Below, piece after piece: positions 15,625 through 22,417 of a stretch of DNA of 24,000 bases. Position 1 is the stretch's first letter. Every line of letters starts with the position of its first letter. The stretch is from an uncultured bacterium. Lineage in GTDB: Bacteria; Vulcanimicrobiota; Vulcanimicrobiia; Vulcanimicrobiales; Vulcanimicrobiaceae. Made by a program: the position numbers and the translations under genes. The notes under the pieces were generated by a model. The model worked only from the letters and a program-made list of their open reading frames with translations, did not search any database and was not told where the DNA came from. Location of the stretch: contig CAZERJ010000004.1 of NCBI GenBank assembly GCA_964514445.1, forward strand, positions 23,666 to 47,665, in the 5' to 3' direction.

Positions 15625-16064
15625 TTCTGGCGCTCGCCATGACGCTTGCGTGTTGCTGTCCGGCGCTGGCGACATGCAGCTTTGGGACGATCGGCGGTCT
15701 TTCGTTTACGTACGATGTTTTGAGCGGCGCGGCGGCGACATCGTCGGCGAGCATGAGCGTAACGTGCGATGCGGCGAGCAGCACGAATGTTGCTTTGAGC
15801 ATTGATAACGGGCTGCACTCGACGACCTCGAATCCGTGGCGCAAGTTGCTGAACAGCTCGAATAATCAGACGCTGCAGTATAATATTTTTACGACGGCCG
15901 GCTACGCCAGCATTTGGGGCGACGGCACGAACGGCACCGTTACGCAGTCGCAGCCACAAACCGCTTCAACGTTTTCACTGACGATGTACGGTGAGATTCC
16001 GGGCGCGCAGAACGTCTCCGCGGGAAATTTTTCCGATACCGTCACGGTGACGATGACGTTCTAG
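15612..16064 (+). CDS. Second SCPU-domain fimbrial subunit (minor or tip subunit candidate)
   Basis: 150 aa. Signal peptide MRAVILALAMTLACCCPALA-TC. Motifs CSFGTIGGLSFTYD, MSVTCDAAS and the C-terminal GNFSDTVTVTMTF. It overlaps the usher stop by 13 nt. Confidence 0.85.
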   Translation: MRAVILALAMTLACCCPALATCSFGTIGGLSFTYDVLSGAAATSSASMSVTCDAASSTNVALSIDNGLHSTTSNPWRKLLNSSNNQTLQYNIFTTAGYASIWGDGTNGTVTQSQPQTASTFSLTMYGEIPGAQNVSAGNFSDTVTVTMTF

Positions 16065-17230
16065 CGGAGCGCTGCCGCCATGCGGTGGACGATCTCCTCG
16101 AGGATCGCGCGGCTGGTGCCCATGTTGATGCGCACGTAGTGCTCGCCCGGTTTTCCGAACGGTGTTCCGGATTGCAGCGCAACACGCCCGTGCGTGAGGA
16201 AATATTGCGCCGCGCTTGTGTCAAGAACGAGTTCCGAACAGTCGACCCAGGCGAGATAACTTGCATCCGGCGGGCGGTAGCGCGTTGCCGGAATGTGTTC
16301 TTGTAGGAGCTGCGCGAGATGCTGACGGTTGCCGTCGAGATATGCGCGCAGAGCATCGAGCCATGCGCCGCCTTCGCGAAACGCGGCGATGTTCGCGATA
16401 ATGCCTAGCAGGCCGACACGATCGCGAATCTCCGTGCGGTGTTCGCGTGCGTACTGCCGCAGGTTGTGGCGCACCTCGTCGTTGACCGCGACGATGATGG
16501 CGCACTTCAGACCCGCGACGTTCCAGGCTTTTGATGCCGATGCTATGGACGTACACTTTTGGTCTTCGCTTGCAACGCGCTGGAACGGCACGTAATCGAT
16601 GCCGGGCATTGTGAGCGGAGCGTGCACTTCGTCGGAGATGACCGCGACCTTGTACGCTTGCGCTAACGTAGCAATGCGCCGGAGTTCTTCTTCCGTCCAG
16701 ACGCGCCCGAGCGGGTTGTGCGGATTGCACAGCAAGAACGCTTGCGCACCGGCTGCAAATGCGCGCTCGATTGATTCGAAGTCGAAAAGCCAACCGGATT
16801 GCGGATCGCCTTGCAACGGGACTTCGACGACGGTGCGTCCGGCGTTGCGGATGGCTTCAAAGAATGGCGGATACACCGGAGGGTTGATCACGACGCCGGC
16901 GCCGGGCTGCGTGAGCACGCTGAGGCTTTCGGTAACGCCGGCCATGACATCGGGGACGGTGAGGATGCGGTTTTCTTCGACGGTCCAGTTGAAGCGGTGC
17001 GAAGCAAAGTGCGCGAAGGCGTTGGCGAGCTCGGCGAATCCGCCGGCGTAGCCGCAGTCGCCCAGATCGATCGCGTCTTGTAGCGCGAGCTTGACGGGCG
17101 GGGCGAGATCGAAATCCATCTCGGCGACGAATGCGGGCAAAACGTCGGCGGGGTAGCTGCTCCACTTTTCACTGCGGCGGCGGCGCAGCCGCGCGAGGTC
17201 GACGTTGTCGAAGGCGGTTTGCGTATCCAT
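16061..17230 (-). CDS. PLP-dependent C-S lyase / aminotransferase of the MalY/PatB type
   Basis: ATG-17230 gives MDTQTAFDNVDLARLRRRRSEKWSSYPADVLPAFVAEMDF, the typical PatB/MalY N-terminus. The PLP-lysine context is SASKAWNVAGLK. The 38-aa Arg/Pro-rich extension in the track ORF is unlikely to be coding. Confidence 0.9.
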   Translation of the reverse strand: MDTQTAFDNVDLARLRRRRSEKWSSYPADVLPAFVAEMDFDLAPPVKLALQDAIDLGDCGYAGGFAELANAFAHFASHRFNWTVEENRILTVPDVMAGVTESLSVLTQPGAGVVINPPVYPPFFEAIRNAGRTVVEVPLQGDPQSGWLFDFESIERAFAAGAQAFLLCNPHNPLGRVWTEEELRRIATLAQAYKVAVISDEVHAPLTMPGIDYVPFQRVASEDQKCTSIASASKAWNVAGLKCAIIVAVNDEVRHNLRQYAREHRTEIRDRVGLLGIIANIAAFREGGAWLDALRAYLDGNRQHLAQLLQEHIPATRYRPPDASYLAWVDCSELVLDTSAAQYFLTHGRVALQSGTPFGKPGEHYVRINMGTSRAILEEIVHRMAAALR

Positions 17231-17313
17231 TGCAACGCAACTTCCGCCGCGGTGTTGAGTTGAGCCTGTCGGAGTGTCGCGGGACTTTATGCGTCGTGGA
17301 GATGCCGGGGGCC

Positions 17314-17342
17314 TCGATACCTCGGCCGTGGTTCGATACCTC
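17314..17342. repeat. Perfect 10-bp direct repeat TCGATACCTC x2, 19-bp period
   Basis: Copies at 17314-17323 and 17333-17342, which read GAGGTATCGA on the minus strand. They lie 84-112 nt upstream of the PatB/MalY-like start. Confidence 0.5.
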
Positions 17343-17359
17343 ACCGTGACACTAGAGCG

Positions 17360-17755
17360 CTAGTTCTTTCCCTTGGAGTTTAGTTTAATGGCGGCGCGGA
17401 TAAGGGCTTTGAAGGCGGGTTCGTTGATTTTGTCGCCTTCGAAGAAGTCGATGGCGCGGCGGATGTTACCGTCCAGGCTCGAGTTGAACAAGTGCTTTGG
17501 ATCGTCGAGCAAAGCGCCTTTCGCGAACGTTACTTTCACGTGCGTTTTATATGTCTCGCCGGTGCATACCATGCCGCCGTCGTACCAAACCGGTACGCCC
17601 CTCCACTTCCAATCTTCGGTGATGTTCGGATCGGCATCTTTGATGAGCTTTCGTATGCGTGCCAACATCTCGCCGCGCCAGTCGCCGAGTTCAGCGATTC
17701 TCGCGTCGATGAGATCGGACGGCGTTTTGTCTTTAACGGTTGCTTTCATCTTCAA
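17360..17755 (-). CDS. DUF1801 (YdhG-like) domain protein
   Basis: 131 aa. IDARIAELGDWRGEMLARIRKLIKDADPNITEDWKWRGVPVWYDGGMVCTGETYKTHVKVTFAKGA is the characteristic DUF1801 pattern. There is a 4-nt overlap with the upstream VOC gene. Confidence 0.9.
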   Translation of the reverse strand: MKMKATVKDKTPSDLIDARIAELGDWRGEMLARIRKLIKDADPNITEDWKWRGVPVWYDGGMVCTGETYKTHVKVTFAKGALLDDPKHLFNSSLDGNIRRAIDFFEGDKINEPAFKALIRAAIKLNSKGKN

Positions 17756-18102
17756 GCTTTCGGTGCTGCTTGACGTAACCCGATGGTGACGCCGTTGGAA
17801 TCTCTGACACTGGCGACCAACAGACCGTAACCCACGTCTGTAATCGGCTGCACGACGTTGCCGCCGGCCGCTTCGAGGCCTTTCACGCTAGCCTCGATGT
17901 CGCTCACATCCCAGTAAACGAGCGCTGAAGATTCACGTTTCTCTGCGTTCGGAATCAGTCCGATTTCCATATTGCCGCTTTTGAAACCAACGTACTGCGG
18001 CCATCCATCGGCGTAAGGGTCGGTGCCGGTGAGCTCGCGAAAGAATCGCTTGGCCGCGTCCGGATCCGCCACGGGATATATGATTAGGGAAACGTCTTTC
18101 AA
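17752..18102 (-). CDS. VOC-family (glyoxalase/bleomycin-resistance fold) protein
   Basis: 116 aa. TTG-18102 with AAGGAG 9 nt upstream. The sequence pattern (...GWPQYVGFKSGNMEIGLIP..., ...GYGLLVASVRDSNGVTIGL) is typical of single-module VOC proteins. Confidence 0.85.
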   Translation of the reverse strand: MKDVSLIIYPVADPDAAKRFFRELTGTDPYADGWPQYVGFKSGNMEIGLIPNAEKRESSALVYWDVSDIEASVKGLEAAGGNVVQPITDVGYGLLVASVRDSNGVTIGLRQAAPKA

Positions 18103-18127
18103 GATTCAGTTCTCCTTCTATCTCTAT

Positions 18128-18155
18128 GACTGATCGATGGCGGCAAAACGTGACC
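18128..18155 (-). promoter_or_regulatory. Candidate ECF-type promoter GGTCACG-N16-CAGTC upstream of the VOC/DUF1801 genes
   Basis: The minus strand reads GGTCACG TTTTGCCGCCATCGAT CAGTC, ending about 25 nt before TTG-18102. It resembles my recollection of the ECF41 target consensus, TGTCACA-N16-CGTC. A second GTCACG-N16-CGGCC lies at 17351->17324. Confidence 0.2.
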
Positions 18156-18175
18156 GGTGATGCGGGAGGGGTTCG

Positions 18176-19078
18176 TTGGAGCATGCGGAGTGGCTTGCCG
18201 AGCGCTTTGAGGCGGCAAGGCCGCGCTTGCGGCGCATTGCGCAGCGCATCCTCGGATCGGCTGCCGAATCCGAAGACGCCCTGCAGGAGAGCTGGCTGCG
18301 CATCAGCCGCGCCGATGTCGCGCGCGTCGAAAATTTCGACGGCTGGCTCACGACTGTTGTTGCACGCGTCTGCCTTGATGCGCTGAAGCGGCGCGAAAGC
18401 CGGCGCGAGGAGTTGACGCCGGACGATCCGCGTCGCGACACAGTGACGATTGCTCCCGGCGAACGTCCCGAGGAAGAGGCTGTTCTTGCCGATTCGATTG
18501 GAGTTGCCGTGATGATTTTGCTTGATACGTTGCCGCCGGCGGAGCGTGTTGCATTCGTGCTGCACGATATGTTCGACGTACCGTTCGACGACATTTCGGA
18601 GATCGTCGGCAGAACGCCCGAAGCTTCGCGGCAACTCGCAAGCCGCGCGCGCCGTCGCGTGCGCGGCGCGTCGGCGGGCCACGATGCTTCCAGGCAGCGC
18701 CGTGATGAAGTTGTGCGCGCATTCCTTGCGGCTTCGCGCAGCGGGAATTTTTCCGCGTTGCTTGCGCTGCTGGATCCGGCGGCAACGCTGCGCGCAGATG
18801 CGGCGGTACTGGCGATGGGCGGCGCGGAGTACTGGCAGAGCGATCGTTTGAAAACCGGCATCCAAGGCGCGGAGACTGTTGCACGAACGTTCGCAGGGCG
18901 TGCGCGTGCGGCGCAGCCTGTGTTTATCGACGGTGAACCGGGAGCGGTGTGGATTCACGAAGGCGAGGTTCGTGTTGCGTTCCGCTTTACGGTAACCGAC
19001 GATCGGATTACGGCGATCGATATGATCGCTGATCGGGATGCAATTGCGCAAGCCGTCATCGAACGTGAGCGCGCATGA
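18176..19078 (+). CDS. ECF sigma-70 factor with fused C-terminal NTF2/SnoaL-like domain (SigJ/ECF41-like)
   Basis: 300 aa. TTG-18176 follows GGGAGGGG. Region 2: EDALQESWLRISR...FDGWLTTVVARVCLDALKRR. Region 4: LPPAERVAFVLHDMFDVPFDDISEIVGRTPEASRQLASRARRRV. A further ~110 aa follows (VVRAFLAASRSGNFSALLALLDP...ITAIDMIADRDAI), typical of the fused regulatory domain. No anti-sigma gene is adjacent. Confidence 0.9.
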   Translation: MEHAEWLAERFEAARPRLRRIAQRILGSAAESEDALQESWLRISRADVARVENFDGWLTTVVARVCLDALKRRESRREELTPDDPRRDTVTIAPGERPEEEAVLADSIGVAVMILLDTLPPAERVAFVLHDMFDVPFDDISEIVGRTPEASRQLASRARRRVRGASAGHDASRQRRDEVVRAFLAASRSGNFSALLALLDPAATLRADAAVLAMGGAEYWQSDRLKTGIQGAETVARTFAGRARAAQPVFIDGEPGAVWIHEGEVRVAFRFTVTDDRITAIDMIADRDAIAQAVIERERA

Positions 19079-20241
19079 GGCTGCCGCCGTTTCCGCTTGA
19101 AGTTTATTTCTCGAAATGGGAGTTTACGGCCCGGTACAACCTTATGGCGTCCGACGCCGAAACGCTTTCGCTTTCTGAGTTGCTCGCGCTGGCGAATGAT
19201 CCGGAACGGGACGCATGGGAGATGCAGCGGCTTGGCTATATTGAAACGCGCGGGACGCCGGAGTTGCGCGCAGCAATTGCCGCAACGTACGATGTCGTGA
19301 CGCCGGACGACATCATCGCATTCGCGGGCGCCGAGGAAGGTCTGTATTGTGCGATGCATGCGTTGCTTGGCGCGGACGATCACGCGATCGTGCTGCTGCC
19401 GAACTACCAGTCGATGGAGATCGTGCCCCGCTCGATGTGCGCGGTGACCGGCGTCGCGCTTGACCGCGATGACAATTGGCGGCTGCATATCGAGGACGTG
19501 CGCGCTGCGATTCGTCCGAATACGCGGCTCGTCGCGATCAATTTTCCGAATAATCCGGCCGGCAAAGTGATCTCGCGCGATGAGTTCCTTGCACTCGTGG
19601 AATTGTGCCGGGAACGCGATATCTGGCTTTTTAGCGATGAAGTGTACCGCGGCATCGAACGCGATGCCTCGCACACGCTTCCGCAGGCGTGCGATTTGTA
19701 CGAACGGGCGCTTTCACTGAACGTTCTTTCGAAGGCGTACGGGCTGCCGGGTTTGCGGGTTGGGTGGATCGCATGCCGGCACGGCGCGCTGCTTGACCGG
19801 CTCGAGCAGCTCAAGCACTATCTTTCGATTTGCAACGCGGGGCCAAGCGAGATTCTTGGGCGTATTGCGCTGTCGGCGCGTGACACAATACTGAAACGCA
19901 ATCGGGAGCTTACTACACGCAATTTGCGTGTACTCGATGAGTTTTTCGCGCGACATCGCGATCTGTTTGCGTGGTACACTCCTGAAGGTGGGTGCGTTGC
20001 GTATCCACGCTACTTGGGTGATGATGGGGTCGATGCGTTTTGCGCAAATCTCGTGCAGAGCAAAAGCGTCGCGCTTCTGCCCGGGTCAATCTTTGGGTCG
20101 AATGTTGGGGATGCGCCGGTGGATCATTTTCGGATCGGTTATGGCCGCAAGGAGATTGAAACGCCGATTGCGCTGGTGGAGGAGTATCTCTTAGCACGCG
20201 TGGCGCAGCAGCGGCGCGTTAGCGTACGTGAGCGTGAGTGA
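19075..20241 (+). CDS. Class I/II PLP-dependent aminotransferase
   Basis: 388 aa. ATGA overlap with the sigma-factor stop. N-terminus LEVYFSKWEFTARYNLMASDAETLSLSELLAL. The PLP-lysine context is LNVLSKAYGLPGLRVGW. Confidence 0.9.
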   Translation: MRLPPFPLEVYFSKWEFTARYNLMASDAETLSLSELLALANDPERDAWEMQRLGYIETRGTPELRAAIAATYDVVTPDDIIAFAGAEEGLYCAMHALLGADDHAIVLLPNYQSMEIVPRSMCAVTGVALDRDDNWRLHIEDVRAAIRPNTRLVAINFPNNPAGKVISRDEFLALVELCRERDIWLFSDEVYRGIERDASHTLPQACDLYERALSLNVLSKAYGLPGLRVGWIACRHGALLDRLEQLKHYLSICNAGPSEILGRIALSARDTILKRNRELTTRNLRVLDEFFARHRDLFAWYTPEGGCVAYPRYLGDDGVDAFCANLVQSKSVALLPGSIFGSNVGDAPVDHFRIGYGRKEIETPIALVEEYLLARVAQQRRVSVRERE

Positions 20242-20304
20242 ACACCATGGTGTGTGAGGCGCGGGAGTCGTTTGGGTTTAGGTTGTACTATCGGAATCCG
20301 ATAA

Positions 20305-20577
20305 GATAATCGGAACTCGAATGGCTTAGACAGTGCGGAAGGCCTCGGTTTTGCTGCATTGCAAGCACGAGATGGCGCATCGATGATACCGACGCGCGAG
20401 TCGATCGCATCTGCGGTGCGCACCGCACGCATGCCGGCGGACGGACGCGTGTCGCTCGTATACCGTCCGAAGTCGTACCCGATCGTCACGTACGAATACG
20501 CCATCGTGCGGCGCTCGCAAGGCGATCCGACGAAAGCACGCGCGATTTCGGACTTCGTGAACTGGTCGATCGACCAT
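20305..20577 (+). pseudogene. pstS: Remnant of a phosphate-binding protein gene (pstS C-terminal fragment)
   Basis: The open frame starting at 20305 translates to ...GLGFAALQARDGASMIPTRESIASAV...SYPIVTYEYAIVRRSQGDPTKARAISDFVNWSIDH. This matches the conserved PstS C-terminal lobe (compare mycobacterial PstS YPI(I/V)NYEYAIV...FL.WA). About 250 N-terminal residues and the last ~35 residues are missing. There is no credible start or RBS. Confidence 0.7.
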
Positions 20578-20639
20578 TGCACCCCCGAAGGTTTGCGTGT
20601 ACGTTATTCTACACCCGCTCGGCGCAGAAAGGCGATGCT

Positions 20640-21242
20640 ATGACGGACGGCGATAGGTTCGGTCTGAGTAAGAGCCGCGTAGAATCGTTTAGTGACGGCG
20701 TCTTTGCGATCGCCGTGACACTGCTGATTTTAGAAGTGCACGTTCCAGCGGTGAACGGGCCGCTAACGGCGGCTCAACAAGCGCACGACCTGATTGCGAT
20801 CTGGCCGCAGTATCTGGTGTATTTCGTAAGTTTCGCCACGATTGGGATCATGTGGCTCAACCAGCATGCGCTGTTTCAAAACGTGCGTTTCGTCTCGCAT
20901 GGCATGGTGGTCGCCAACCCGTTTCTTCTCTCGTTGATTTCATTTCTGCCATTTCCAACCTTGGTGCTTGCGCAGTACGGTCTCACCGGCACCGCAGTTG
21001 CATACTATGGCATCGTCATGACGCTGATCTCAATTGCGTACACGCTTCTGTTCGTCCAGGTGTTGGCGGCTCATCACGTGGCTGCTAGATTAGGGCCGTG
21101 GAGCATCGTGGGCCTGAGCGTGTACCCGATTGCAACGGTCATTGGCTACGTCGCACCTCTCGCCGGCGTTCTTTTCATGGCGCTGCTTGCCGCATTCTAC
21201 CTGCGGCCTAAAAATGTGCGGTCGATCCAAGCGGCGCTATAA
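20640..21242 (+). CDS. TMEM175/DUF1211-family putative K+ channel
   Basis: ATG-20640 with AAAGG 8 nt upstream. The hallmark RVESFSDGVFAIAVTLLILEV is present in TM1. The 200-aa protein has six hydrophobic segments. Confidence 0.9.
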   Translation: MTDGDRFGLSKSRVESFSDGVFAIAVTLLILEVHVPAVNGPLTAAQQAHDLIAIWPQYLVYFVSFATIGIMWLNQHALFQNVRFVSHGMVVANPFLLSLISFLPFPTLVLAQYGLTGTAVAYYGIVMTLISIAYTLLFVQVLAAHHVAARLGPWSIVGLSVYPIATVIGYVAPLAGVLFMALLAAFYLRPKNVRSIQAAL

Positions 21243-21373
21243 CAGCTTACGATAAACGATGAACCCCGAGCGTTCGGCGATGAGATGGCAGGATGCAGTG
21301 TGCCGTTCATGCGAGCCGGGCGTCGTCGTCGGAGACGTGCGCGTAAACCGGCTCGCGATCGAGGGTTCGCGCG

Positions 21374-22317
21374 CTAGGTAACCGTCGACACTTCGCTACG
21401 CTTGAAGAGAATTTTGCCGGGCCTGCCTGGTGTTTCGGCAGCTTTTAGCGCTTCGCGTGCGTCGGCGAGTGGATAGACGCCGCCTGCGGATAGCGGTAAT
21501 TCACCGGCAGCCGCTAACTCACAGACGCGCTTTACTGCGCCCAACATTCGTCCGGAATTTTCTGGACGTTGCGCCCACGTGTACATCCAAAATCCGCGCA
21601 CGGTAAGTTCGCGGTAAATCATTAATCCGGGATCGAGACGCATTGCTTGACCTGAAAGGCCTCCAAAGACGATTAATTCGCCACGAGGCGCGAGCAAACG
21701 CTGGAGCTGCATCGAATCGTGACCGGCGACTGAATCGATCGCGCGCACGATGGGTGCGCCGCCTGTGATTTGCTTGAGTTCTGTTTCCCAGTTGCCTTCG
21801 GTTACAACGACGTGCGGTGCGCCGGAGTCCTGAAGTTGTTGTGCTGTGGCCACGCTTCGGACCAGACCAACCACGTTGATGCCGCGGTCGCGCGCTTCGC
21901 GAATGAGAATTCGTCCGACGGCGCCGTTCGCTGCGTTGATCACGATCCAATCGCCGCTCTGGATGTGCAGGTCGTCCAAGAGGCCGAGTACCGACGTCGG
22001 CATTGCGAGCAATTGACATGCTATATCATCGGGAATGGCGTCCGGCACCGCATACATGCAACGCGCGTGCCGATTTCAATCGCGCCGGCGGCTTCTCCGG
22101 TTTCATCGACAATGCCGACGAGTTCGGAGCCTCCGATTGCGGGCAGCGCGGGCTTCACGCCGTAACCGCCACGAATAGTAGCGATATCGTGGTTATGAAT
22201 GGGCGAGCGAACCAAACGCAAGCGAACCTGTCCGTTACCGGGCTCGGGTCGTTCCATCTCGACGGGGGTAATGACCTCGGCCGCTTCGCCGAACTGCGAA
22301 TATTGAAGAGCCAGCAT
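21374..22317 (-). pseudogene. MDR-superfamily (quinone oxidoreductase / enoyl-reductase-like) gene disrupted by a frameshift with a probable small deletion
   Basis: The N-terminal 98 aa (22317->22021) read MLALQYSQFGEAAEV...IHNHDIATIRGGYGVKPALPAIGGSELVGIVDETGEAAGAIEIGTRVA and then CMRCRTPFPMI*. The remainder (22057->21374) is in another frame: MYAVPDAIPDDIACQLLAMPTS...INAANGAVGRILIREA (Rossmann motif). The combined span is 944 nt, which is not a multiple of 3. Confidence 0.7.
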
Positions 22318-22417
22318 ACGAGCATCATACGACAATAGCGCAGCGCCCACTGCGCAGCTCTTCCATCGGAGGCGTCTTGCGGAAAGGGTCAGGCGTTCGC
22401 TGGGGAATATCACGGTT

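Noticed and set aside
17933-19051. 372-aa and 245-aa minus-strand ORFs (17933..19051, 18124..18861) opposite the sigma-factor gene
   Set aside because: They are Arg/Ser/Ala-rich, low-complexity translations typical of antisense frames in GC-rich DNA. The + strand product has clear sigma-70 regions 2 and 4, and one of the ORFs would also run through the VOC gene.
20139-20582. 147-aa minus-strand ORF in the aminotransferase/TMEM175 gap
   Set aside because: It is antisense to the recognisable pstS remnant and overlaps the aminotransferase 3' end. It has no RBS or motif.
21243-21373. Possible terminator or small ORF between the convergent TMEM175-like and MDR genes
   Set aside because: There is no stable stem with a U-tract. 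The only ATG-initiated minus-strand frame runs back into the TMEM175-like gene and lacks an RBS.
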